From: Methanobacteriota archaeon
GTDB lineage: Archaea; Thermoplasmatota; Thermoplasmata; SG8-5; JAGLSY01
NCBI GenBank assembly: GCA_020696385.1
Contig: JAEHCQ010000001.1
Location: 384,001 to 448,000 of the forward strand
DNA length: 64,000 nucleotides
Direction of reading: 5' to 3'
Below are positions 37,948 through 47,462 of the stretch, in pieces. Each line of letters starts with the position of its first letter. Positions within the stretch are counted from its first letter, which is position 1. The position numbers and the translations under genes were made by a program. The notes under the pieces are model-generated. The model was given only the letters and a program-made list of their open reading frames with translations. It made no database searches and had not been told where the DNA came from.

Positions 37948-40731
37948 TCAGTCAGACTTCCTGAGCTTTCTCCATACCACGGAGCCAATTAGCACGAGCA
38001 GAGGCAGTACATACAGTATGGCCAGATGGCTGTCATCACCTGTATTTCGTGCTCCTACATCATCCATTGATCCGGTAGTGTTCTGATCCTCCGATGTCAA
38101 GGTTGTTTCCTCCATTGATCCGGTCTGATCTTGACCTGGTCCTGAGATATCCAGGTCATTTACAGGAGCTTCTATTTTCACTATCAGATAGGTATGATTG
38201 ATATTCCCGTAGATATCCGATATGGCCAGTGTCACATTATGATCGCCTGGTTCACTAAATGCCCAAGTTATGTTCATATTGAATGAATCCGCAATTCCAT
38301 CTGAATCCATATCCCATGAGTAGTTCGATATTTCATGTTCCGAGATCGAGCTGGAGGCTGAGAAATTGATGGTCATGTTTGTCATGAAAATACCAGTTGC
38401 GACGATCACTGGTATGGGCTTGTCCATCTCGTCTTTCCAGTCATATCCAAATACCCGGGTGAAATATTCGGCTATTTCATCATTTTCCACTATGATGCCC
38501 ACTTCCCTGTTCCGTGTGCATGAGTTCTCATTCCAGTTTATGCTGGATATCAGAGTTTTTGAATCATCCACCACCAAGCCTTTTGTGTGGACCTTGGTGA
38601 AAATATGGGTGCCGGATCTGACCAGCCTTGCCTCGATGTCCAGATCCTCTGCTTCAGCCAGTGAATTTAGGTACGCGACAGTGTCATCATTGTCATTGTA
38701 ATCCTCGAATTTGATATTATAATCTGAAGAGTCGAGAAGTACCTTGACAGAGCAGCCTCGCCTGGCAGCATCTATCAGGGCTGTCAGGTATGGGTTAAGC
38801 TGTGGCCAAGTTCCATCTGCATTTCGCTTTCCCCAGTGCAGGTCGATGTAAAATTGCTCAGCCAGTATAGCGTCCTCTGCGGAGGATATCAGCTTCATCA
38901 AGGGGTCTTCCGGGGTGAGAGACATATCCGGGTAGATCACGGCGGTCACATTTGATGTGGATATACTGGTTTGCTGCTCGAAGATGGGCTCCAGCGTCTT
39001 TTCCTTTATTGGTTCATAGATATCGGATACCACATTTGGTTCGAACTCACACACATCTTCCCAGTCCGCCTTCCAGTCATTGTAAAATATCTGGGAAAAA
39101 TAATCTGCAAGATCATCATTCTCTATGGCGATCCCCCAACCTCGATTGCCTGTGGTTCCCGGAACTGGCACGCCACTTTTCTTCCAATTCTCGGTCATGA
39201 CGATAGTTGTTGAATTATCTGCGACCATGTATTTCGCATGATTGAAATTGTACCTGGTCTCGACCTTGACACCGGAAGGATTCTGCGTATGAACATCGGC
39301 TCCTGCCAGTACCAACCATGAAAGTAGTTCTTCTTCCGCATCTGGCATGCCGCCGACAGGTGAGCCATCAACCAATATTCTGACATCCACTCCCCTTGAA
39401 AGAGCGTCGCGAAGTGATGTGGCCAGATGGGCGTCTGTGAATTCGTAAAGATTGAGCGAGATACAAACTTTCGCATTCTCGATGACATCGATGATAGCAT
39501 CCATTGAACAATCTGGAGACACGAAAGCAGTGGTATGGCCAGATGTTTGGAAATATCCAGATGTGGCACTGGACTGGCCAGCCTTGATGACCTTGTATGT
39601 ATCCCAATCCAATGATGAATTCGAGTCAAGGTAAGTTCCATTGATCATCATTCTCTTGACTATCTGATATGAACCATCCACTTCCACTGCCGGCCCTATC
39701 CAGCCTTCCCCACTGTGGGTGGAATCGCCGAAGACAAAAGCATCTGCCACGTCGAGGCCAGTGCTCACAAGGAATATCTCATCCCCATCATTCGCCATCG
39801 TGGGGCTTGACTTGGGCACGCTGAGACTATCCATAGTCGATATACCAGTATAGGAAAATTCAGGATACTGGAGGGTCATCTCGTAGTATCTGGTTCCATT
39901 GTCTGCTATTGTCATCACCTCGCCTGGCAGGATCATGGTGCCCTTTTCAAAAACAGCCAAGCCCTCACCATCGGTGATGCCACACATGCTCAGATCGATG
40001 GATCCATTGGTCGGATTCATTATCTGGATGAACTCGCCACCCAGCTTGGCATCGGGGCAAACGGCGGTGATCAGAACACCGCCGATATTCCTGGATGAGG
40101 AGCCAGGTGTTGGGAGTGACTGGCTCCATTCGCTCCCTTCTTTCACATAGGAATAACCTTCAGATATGAATGATAGATTGGATCGCTGACCAAGCTCCAT
40201 TGGCGGAAGGTCCACCGAGCTGCCATCACCATAACTTATGAAGTCCATAGGATAGCCAGTACTGTTCTGAAGAAGTATGTCATCGCCAGAGCCAGTGAGT
40301 ATGGAGGATGTCTTGTTCATGAACAAGTACCAGGAACCCTCGCTGGCATTGTGGTATGATACACCGCAGTTCACATGCACGACTGCGAACTCGCCAGGAG
40401 CCAGAGTGATATTTTGAAATACCATGTCCACACCTCCATCCTGATCACTAAGTGTCCAGTTCAGTATATTCCGGGGAGTGGCTCCCGTATTCTGCAGCTC
40501 GATGAATTCCCCATCCAACTCCAGGCCGAGAGGGTTGTAGAGAAATTCGCTTATGATAATTCCAGATGATGAATTAGTAGTTGAGATGCTGGATGTAGTG
40601 GTGTTAGTGGTGGTGGAACTATCCATTATCTGAATTGGAGCTACATCTGCTGCGGCCGAATTCACTGCCGTTCCGCACAGGTTGATCATTGTCAGGGCGA
40701 TTATCAGGATTGCTATCATTGTCTTTTTCAT
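37948..40731 (-). CDS. Membrane-anchored lamin-tail-domain x2 + phospholipase D (2 HKD) + PKD protein
   Basis: Signal peptide; IIISEFLYNP..GEFIELQN and GEFIQIMNP (LTD); HAKYMVAD and HTKGLVVD; YSWD..D.DG..G..NVTL (PKD); C-terminal TM plus RKLRK. Confidence 0.88.
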   Translation of the reverse strand: MKKTMIAILIIALTMINLCGTAVNSAAADVAPIQIMDSSTTTNTTTSSISTTNSSSGIIISEFLYNPLGLELDGEFIELQNTGATPRNILNWTLSDQDGGVDMVFQNITLAPGEFAVVHVNCGVSYHNASEGSWYLFMNKTSSILTGSGDDILLQNSTGYPMDFISYGDGSSVDLPPMELGQRSNLSFISEGYSYVKEGSEWSQSLPTPGSSSRNIGGVLITAVCPDAKLGGEFIQIMNPTNGSIDLSMCGITDGEGLAVFEKGTMILPGEVMTIADNGTRYYEMTLQYPEFSYTGISTMDSLSVPKSSPTMANDGDEIFLVSTGLDVADAFVFGDSTHSGEGWIGPAVEVDGSYQIVKRMMINGTYLDSNSSLDWDTYKVIKAGQSSATSGYFQTSGHTTAFVSPDCSMDAIIDVIENAKVCISLNLYEFTDAHLATSLRDALSRGVDVRILVDGSPVGGMPDAEEELLSWLVLAGADVHTQNPSGVKVETRYNFNHAKYMVADNSTTIVMTENWKKSGVPVPGTTGNRGWGIAIENDDLADYFSQIFYNDWKADWEDVCEFEPNVVSDIYEPIKEKTLEPIFEQQTSISTSNVTAVIYPDMSLTPEDPLMKLISSAEDAILAEQFYIDLHWGKRNADGTWPQLNPYLTALIDAARRGCSVKVLLDSSDYNIKFEDYNDNDDTVAYLNSLAEAEDLDIEARLVRSGTHIFTKVHTKGLVVDDSKTLISSINWNENSCTRNREVGIIVENDEIAEYFTRVFGYDWKDEMDKPIPVIVATGIFMTNMTINFSASSSISEHEISNYSWDMDSDGIADSFNMNITWAFSEPGDHNVTLAISDIYGNINHTYLIVKIEAPVNDLDISGPGQDQTGSMEETTLTSEDQNTTGSMDDVGARNTGDDSHLAILYVLPLLVLIGSVVWRKLRKSD

Positions 40732-41029
40732 CTTATCACTGAAGCGAAACTGCACCTGCCCGCATATAAACAAAGTCGATTCTTGTAGGCTATATGTAGG
40801 GTATTTTTTTCATCATAATATTGCGGATCATACATGACCTTCATGATTCAATTATATCAATTTTGACAATATAGCCAGTACTTAAAATTCGACATTAACT
40901 TTATATAATATACAAGTAACAAAGCTACCTGGGCAATTTATAAATATGCATTGTTGTAATACATGCGTATATGATACAACAGACGTTGTATAGCTAGACT
41001 CAGGGTGGGGGTCTTTTGGAGGAATCTTC

Positions 41030-43492
41030 ATGAAATATGATAAAATGTTGATTAGCATCTTGCTAATCACCTCAATGATATTAGCTAGTATCGCGATAGT
41101 TTCTGATAATGTGAGTTCCATCGATGTTGGAGGTGATTCTGTTACAGAAATAGCCTCACTTCCCAATGGTGTGACCATAAATGACATCTCGTGGAAGGAT
41201 GATGGTTCCATTGCCCTTGCCGTGGGAGCCAATGAATCTGGCGGCTCCAATGCCTTCTGGTATTATCCAAATATCGACCAGTGGGTGGGACTTACCCCGT
41301 ACTGCGTCGAGGTCCCTATGGAATTGGTCCACACACAGGTAGCAACAGAATGGGAAGCAATGTCTCTGGCATTCTCCCCAGTTTACAATTACACTTTCTA
41401 TATTGATGATGGTGCCCTTAGCAAGTTAACAGAGGGCGTGCATTATAATTTCAATCCTGTAACTGGAGAGGTCGTGATGCTACCTCCAAATCTATCACCT
41501 GGTGATGAACTGCTTTGCTGGTACAATTACTCCATAAGAGAATTCTTCGGAGTGGAATATGATCCATTCACCGATAGTTTCGGCATAGTGGGAGGATATG
41601 TGGATGGCATTCAGTCAAGCGCAATGTATGTGACTCCAGGATCGACAGAGATGTTCGAGATATCGCATAACGGTTCGTGGCCGACCCAGGAACTCAGAGG
41701 AATGGATGTGGATGAGTACGGTAATTTCCTGGCAGTAGGGGCAAATGATCTGGTTCTTTTCTACAGATTGCTGGATGACACTTGGTATGCGGTTGCAGAT
41801 GATGAGCTAGATTCTGGATGGAATTATAATGATGTTAGCTATGAGCTGGAGAATCATAGATACTATCTGGTAGGTGGAAATGCCAGTGGAGGTGTGATAG
41901 CATACACAGATCCACTTGCAGACAATACTGTAATTCCAGCAAAGCATTACGATTATGACTCTTTCGCCAATATGACACAGAAAGCAATTATAAATTCCAT
42001 TGAATGGAACAATGACCCTAATAAATTCGGTGGAAATCAATATGCTTTGTTAGTTGGTAGCTCGGACCTGGTCATGATCCAACCAATTGATTCCGGATCA
42101 CCGATGATCGTTGGCCCACAGATACCGAATATGGTCTTTGAGGATGTTGGATTTGACGAATCCTCGTGGGAGTACGCGACGCTCGTCGGATGGGATCAAT
42201 CCACTTCCAAGGGCTATATCCTTTATTTCAAACCTGGAGAATCCAATATAAAGACCCTGCACTCTGATATCAGCCAGAAGTTCTATTGTGTAGATTATCG
42301 GCCGCCGAACAGCCCGTCCTTCGGCTTCGTTATAGGAGCTAGTGGCGGAGCTAAGATCAACACAAATGCATTTGACATTACCACGAAGCTCTATGTGAAC
42401 ACCGATGTGCCTCATGTATTCGATACAGACATGTGGGATGCCAGTGATGCTGGACAGGTATCAGTGCTCAATACACAGGTCGATGTCAAGAACACCTACA
42501 CTTTCTTTGTGGAAGTGAATTACACCGTTGGTGGAGATGATGAGTTCTGGGACAATAATGACAATGTCAGAGTGGTCCTCTGGGCATGGCATGATGAAGG
42601 GCAGACAGATACAGATTCAAATCCAGAAGGAACCTGGGCCACGGAAGATAACAGGACCAGGCAGTTCAGTGTAGCATGGGATGAGGGAACCACTCTTGTT
42701 CCTGGACAGGGAGCCGCCAGCATGGTATATCCTGTTGGAAGCGTGGGTGAGGACGAGTTCAGGCTGGATAGTTACTGGGTAGACCCAACTGGATATGGTC
42801 TGGATAGTAGCACCTGGCGAATGTACTTCAACATAACCTTCGATAATCAAACATGGGCCGCGGATGGAAATGGCTTTGGAAATGGAGCGGCGACCAATAT
42901 AAATGACCCTAGCCAGTCATTGAATGACCCCAATAGCTGGGATATGAGGTTCCAGATATATGATCAGGATTTCGTAACTGCATTGAACGAGAGCTATGAG
43001 GAGTTCGGGATATTCATGTTCACGAACATCAGCGTCAGTGGAAATCCGATGGGTAATGCACCTCCAGGAACCAATGATACCCTTCTGTCTCCAGTCTCCC
43101 AGATCACCTATGCTGCTAATATCGACTATTACCTGAATGTATCCATCACCAACCTGAGTAGAATAGGAGGAAGTGGAGTGATCGGAGCTAATAATATCAG
43201 GGTTGAGCTCAATGATCCTCAGGCCAACAATACCAATACACAGTTGAATGACACGTTCAGCTACTTCCCAGGAGAGGATCAGACACTGGGAGTTTGGGGA
43301 AATGTGTCGCAACCGGTCTCTGATTGGATGCTACCAGCTCCATTGAATGGAACATCATCTAATGGACCATTTGGCTCGGATTATAATGCTTATGGCGGCA
43401 CCACGAACTTAACCTGGTATGCGTCAGTTCCAGCTGCCATACCTGAAGGGATCTATGAGGCTGTTATAACGATCACGATAGGGTACTATTGA
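41030..43492 (+). CDS. Array paralog 1: secreted beta-propeller + conserved C-terminal region, with a ~78-aa inserted beta domain
   Basis: Signal peptide, GGAGG RBS, shared motifs NTQVD..YTF..EVNY, NRTRQF, WAADGNGFGNG, GPFGSDYN, VP...PEGIYEAVITITIGYY. Confidence 0.85.
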   Translation: MKYDKMLISILLITSMILASIAIVSDNVSSIDVGGDSVTEIASLPNGVTINDISWKDDGSIALAVGANESGGSNAFWYYPNIDQWVGLTPYCVEVPMELVHTQVATEWEAMSLAFSPVYNYTFYIDDGALSKLTEGVHYNFNPVTGEVVMLPPNLSPGDELLCWYNYSIREFFGVEYDPFTDSFGIVGGYVDGIQSSAMYVTPGSTEMFEISHNGSWPTQELRGMDVDEYGNFLAVGANDLVLFYRLLDDTWYAVADDELDSGWNYNDVSYELENHRYYLVGGNASGGVIAYTDPLADNTVIPAKHYDYDSFANMTQKAIINSIEWNNDPNKFGGNQYALLVGSSDLVMIQPIDSGSPMIVGPQIPNMVFEDVGFDESSWEYATLVGWDQSTSKGYILYFKPGESNIKTLHSDISQKFYCVDYRPPNSPSFGFVIGASGGAKINTNAFDITTKLYVNTDVPHVFDTDMWDASDAGQVSVLNTQVDVKNTYTFFVEVNYTVGGDDEFWDNNDNVRVVLWAWHDEGQTDTDSNPEGTWATEDNRTRQFSVAWDEGTTLVPGQGAASMVYPVGSVGEDEFRLDSYWVDPTGYGLDSSTWRMYFNITFDNQTWAADGNGFGNGAATNINDPSQSLNDPNSWDMRFQIYDQDFVTALNESYEEFGIFMFTNISVSGNPMGNAPPGTNDTLLSPVSQITYAANIDYYLNVSITNLSRIGGSGVIGANNIRVELNDPQANNTNTQLNDTFSYFPGEDQTLGVWGNVSQPVSDWMLPAPLNGTSSNGPFGSDYNAYGGTTNLTWYASVPAAIPEGIYEAVITITIGYY

Positions 43493-43524
43493 TGGTTTGA
43501 TAATTAGAGCCGTTTCCATAAAGT

Positions 43525-43566
43525 CACAATCGGATAATGTATCCGATTGTGTCTATCCTACTTTTT
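43525..43566 (+). terminator. Hairpin plus T-tract after paralog 1
   Basis: cacaatcggata-N3-tatccgattgtg followed by ctactttttc. Confidence 0.7.
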
Positions 43567-43722
43567 CCCATAATATATAATAGTTACCCAAATAGTATAT
43601 TTATATAAAGTAACATACAAGCTTTATTCTCTAAGGGAGGGTTCCGAAAGGACCCTGCATGATGCGCATCCCTCAATGAAATGATGAGGGGGGCGAATTC
43701 AAAAATAGAGGGGACGAGGCCT

Positions 43723-46700
43723 ATGTTCAGAAAACGAGTTATAGCTTTGAGCATTGTGATATTGATGATAGCCAGTGTATTCTCTGGACTATCATTTTTA
43801 ATTGCAGCTGAAGATGTTGGAATGTATCCTATCGAGGATGTATTAAGTGCTCCAGCAGGTGTCCAATTGAATGATATCGCATGGCATCCTGATGAGAATA
43901 TTGCCGTTGCTGTTGGTAATGATTCGACCAATGGATATATCTACAGATATGAGCCAGACAATGATAACTGGGTCAATCTAAGAAATTATGTGGGAGATAA
44001 TTTCAAAGGTGTGACACAGTTGGAACCATGGACCTTCTTTGATGATGTTGAATCCGATGCTGGATGGACCGTCAACTCATGGATGGGTAACTTGAACTGG
44101 GAGAGAAGGAATCCAATAACCCTGCCAGTACCAGGTTCGGGTATCCCTCATGGAACAGCATATTCTGATAGTGCAGTATGGTGGTTCGGGAACATCACCA
44201 CTGGCGATTACAATGATAATAACCAGATAGTCAGAGGCAGCATGGTCTCTCCTGTAAAACATATACCAAATATCTCGACCAATGCAAACCTCTCATTCCA
44301 GCACTGGTTCGATGTGGAATCTGGTGGAAGTTATGACTATAGCCATGTCTATATCAAGAACACCACCGACCCAGGGTGGACAAATCTATACTCCTGGAAC
44401 TCTGGATGGGTAAGCTCCAATGGAGGTGCTGGCTCTCATACAAAGATAAGCTGGACGCAAGAGAGATATGATATATCTGACTGGATAGGAAATGATGTTC
44501 TTCTGAACTTCACATTTGATTCTGGCGGAGATGGCTCAGCGAATAATTATGCTGGCTGGCACATCGATGATATTCAATTAGAGAGCAATGGGGTCTTCAT
44601 GGCTGTGGGAAACCCTGGCGGAGGCTCTTTTTCTGCTTTCTATACAGATGGTTACAGTCCGATGACCAGTGTGGAAGACCTGAATGGCTTTGATCTGTAT
44701 GACGTGGCTGCTGGACCCGATGGTACCGCGGTCGCAGTCGGGGTTGGAGGAGCAGCCCTTTATTGGAATGGAGAGAGCTGGCAGGCCCTCAGCGGTGCAG
44801 CTGGCAGTGATATCTTGACCTCCATCGATTGCAATGGAACCCATTATTTCATTGTGGGCTATGATTCCAGTGATGATGGGATCGGTTTCTACATAACAGC
44901 TAATGAACTAGCTACAGGGAGCAGTGACATACATCCAATGCCTGGAGCCCCTACCTACAAGCTCAATAGCATCAGCTGGTCAAACAACTGTCCAGCTGGT
45001 GATTCTGATAATGGACTGGGAATAATCGCGGGAGAAGGGAACATCCTCGGCTTCACCAATCCCGAATTCTGGCGACAGAAAGACCCATCAACGATTCCCC
45101 CTGGCAGAAGGAATCAGGCCATGTCCTGGGATGAGGATTACAATCAAATGATAATGTTCGGGGGAAGTGATGGCTCTGACCTTGGTGATACCTGGGCATA
45201 TGATATTGGCGATGATGAATGGGTAGAAATTACCCCTGCAGGCAGCCCATCTGCAAGAAATTACCCCAGGATGGTATACAGTCCAACTGACAATGTCCAT
45301 ATAATGTTCGGAGGAAGCGATGGTGGTGGGTATGATGATGAGACATGGGTGTATAATTATGCCACAAACTCCTGGACGAACAAGAATCCCAACCCCAGAC
45401 CCCCTGCAAGATCCGAGCACACAATGGCCTATGACGAGGTCTATCAAAAGGTCATTCTCTTCGGTGGAAAGAATAACGATGGAAACCTGGCAGACACATG
45501 GGCTTACGATTACCGCACCAACACATGGACCAATATGACCCCCACAATAACCGGAACTCCAAGTGCGAGATTCCTGAGTGGGATGAGCTATGACTCAGTG
45601 AATGACAAAACCATAATGTTCAGTGGCTGGGGATCTTCTGGAGCCATCAGCGACACTTGGGCATATGATTATCCCAGCAATACATGGACCAATATGAATC
45701 CAGTACCATCCCCAACAGCGAGAGACAGGCATGCCATGACCTTCGATAAGGCTATTGGCCGAAGTGTTGTCTATGCTGGTTGGTCAGGAGCTTATGAAGA
45801 TGACACATGGACATACAATTACGGAACCAATTCCTGGGAAGAAATGGTCACACCTACTCGTCCATCTGATAGGTACGACATGCAAATGGCCTATGCCACT
45901 CAAGGAGTGATAGTGATGTTTGGAGGAATACCACCAGGCGACTCAGAAACATGGTTATGCAGGCTGAATGTCAACCCTTGGGGGGAACCTTCCAGTGTCA
46001 CAAATGGTGAGAGCTTCACTGCCACTGCATGGGATACCGCTGGAACAACAGCTATCGTCGTTGGTCACAATACCTCATCCGCAGTCCTTTATTCATATCA
46101 ATCTGGAGATGAGGATGTGACTCAATTACAGGATTTTAACAATGCGCTAGCTGGCCACGAGCTTTATGGTGTCAGCTGGAGACCTCTGGATCATGGTGCG
46201 CAATATGCCATGACTGTTGGAGCCAGTGCCTTCAAGCTATGGAGCAATGCATTCGATGATGGTACCACGATAACCGTGTCCACCGACAAGCCGCATATCT
46301 TCGATCATGGCCTGTGGAAAACAGCGGATGGACTTTATTCCACTTCAAAGCTGGATGCGCAATTGGACATCCAGACAACATACACCTTCTACACCGAAGT
46401 GAATTACACGATCGGAGGAGTGGATGACCTCACCGATGCTGATGGTAATTCCAGGATCGAGGTCATGGCCTGGTACGATGAAGGGAATACAGGAACCTCC
46501 AATCCAGATCCTTCATGGTCATCTGTAGACAATAGAACGCGACAGTTCAGGCTCATGTGGTTCGAGCAGAATGGAGGAACTCCAGCCACGGCCAGTATGA
46601 TTTACCCGAACCTCAGCCCGGGAACAGATGAGTTCCTGCTTGATGATTGGTGGATGGACCCAACTGGCTATGGTGTTGATGGCAATACAAGGAGGTTCTT

Positions 46701-47379
46701 CTTCAATGTCACTCTGGGAACACAAACATGGGCGGCTGACGGCCAGGGCTTTGGCAATGGTATTGGAACGCCACTATACGATAAATCATCCGCTCTCAAT
46801 GATCCAGATAGCTGGGATTTCAGAATAAGACTTTTCGACAATAATTTCGTCAATTCGGCCAATCTCTCATTCGGCGAGTTCGGGGTCTACAGGTACACGA
46901 ACATCACGGTAGCTGGCAACCCTGGCGGGAATGCACCGCCAGGTTCCATGAACTCCCCACTGGGGCCACAGAGCCAAGTCACATATTCTTCCAATATTCC
47001 ACATTATGTCAATGTCTCAGTTGGAGATCTTAATAGACAAGGCGGAGGTGGCAACATTGATGCCACGAACATCAATGTCAGCCTTCAGAACGACCTCGGA
47101 ATTGGATTGAACCCATACACCGAGATCAATGACGATACTTGGCCCGATGGCAGGGCCTTTACAGGTGCGGGATTAGCCAATGGGCTGTGCGTTTGGGGTA
47201 ATAGGACCCAGGTAACCACATACATGCCAGCACCGAAGAACGGAACTACCACCCATGGACCCTGGGGTTCAGATTACAATAACATGGGTGTGACGAACAT
47301 CAACTGGTGGGCCAATGTGCCCGGAGCGACGCCTGAAGGGATCTACCAGGCGGCGATAACATTCAGCATAGAATATTAG
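43723..47379 (+). CDS. Array paralog 2: scaffold with MAM/InhA-like jelly-roll insert and six Kelch repeats
   Basis: FDDVES..GW...HWFDVE...GWHIDDI; six P..R..M.Y...FGG...DTW.Y repeats; shared C-terminal region. Confidence 0.87.
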   Translation: MFRKRVIALSIVILMIASVFSGLSFLIAAEDVGMYPIEDVLSAPAGVQLNDIAWHPDENIAVAVGNDSTNGYIYRYEPDNDNWVNLRNYVGDNFKGVTQLEPWTFFDDVESDAGWTVNSWMGNLNWERRNPITLPVPGSGIPHGTAYSDSAVWWFGNITTGDYNDNNQIVRGSMVSPVKHIPNISTNANLSFQHWFDVESGGSYDYSHVYIKNTTDPGWTNLYSWNSGWVSSNGGAGSHTKISWTQERYDISDWIGNDVLLNFTFDSGGDGSANNYAGWHIDDIQLESNGVFMAVGNPGGGSFSAFYTDGYSPMTSVEDLNGFDLYDVAAGPDGTAVAVGVGGAALYWNGESWQALSGAAGSDILTSIDCNGTHYFIVGYDSSDDGIGFYITANELATGSSDIHPMPGAPTYKLNSISWSNNCPAGDSDNGLGIIAGEGNILGFTNPEFWRQKDPSTIPPGRRNQAMSWDEDYNQMIMFGGSDGSDLGDTWAYDIGDDEWVEITPAGSPSARNYPRMVYSPTDNVHIMFGGSDGGGYDDETWVYNYATNSWTNKNPNPRPPARSEHTMAYDEVYQKVILFGGKNNDGNLADTWAYDYRTNTWTNMTPTITGTPSARFLSGMSYDSVNDKTIMFSGWGSSGAISDTWAYDYPSNTWTNMNPVPSPTARDRHAMTFDKAIGRSVVYAGWSGAYEDDTWTYNYGTNSWEEMVTPTRPSDRYDMQMAYATQGVIVMFGGIPPGDSETWLCRLNVNPWGEPSSVTNGESFTATAWDTAGTTAIVVGHNTSSAVLYSYQSGDEDVTQLQDFNNALAGHELYGVSWRPLDHGAQYAMTVGASAFKLWSNAFDDGTTITVSTDKPHIFDHGLWKTADGLYSTSKLDAQLDIQTTYTFYTEVNYTIGGVDDLTDADGNSRIEVMAWYDEGNTGTSNPDPSWSSVDNRTRQFRLMWFEQNGGTPATASMIYPNLSPGTDEFLLDDWWMDPTGYGVDGNTRRFFFNVTLGTQTWAADGQGFGNGIGTPLYDKSSALNDPDSWDFRIRLFDNNFVNSANLSFGEFGVYRYTNITVAGNPGGNAPPGSMNSPLGPQSQVTYSSNIPHYVNVSVGDLNRQGGGGNIDATNINVSLQNDLGIGLNPYTEINDDTWPDGRAFTGAGLANGLCVWGNRTQVTTYMPAPKNGTTTHGPWGSDYNNMGVTNINWWANVPGATPEGIYQAAITFSIEY
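45064..45965 (+). repeat. Six Kelch-like repeats within paralog 2
   Basis: About 50-aa period with FGG and TWxY motifs. Confidence 0.85.
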
Positions 47380-47390
47380 GAGGTCGTAAC

Positions 47391-47462
47391 ATGAAAACGA
47401 ATACAGAAAATTTGAGCAAGAACATGACGGCCTTCGAACAGAGAAGGGGTGATTCTCAATGA
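47391..47462 (+). CDS. 23-aa bridging mini-ORF between paralogs 2 and 3
   Basis: GGAGGT RBS; MKTNTENLSKNMTAFEQRRGDSQ; its TGA overlaps the paralog 3 ATG (ATGA). Confidence 0.45.
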   Translation: MKTNTENLSKNMTAFEQRRGDSQ

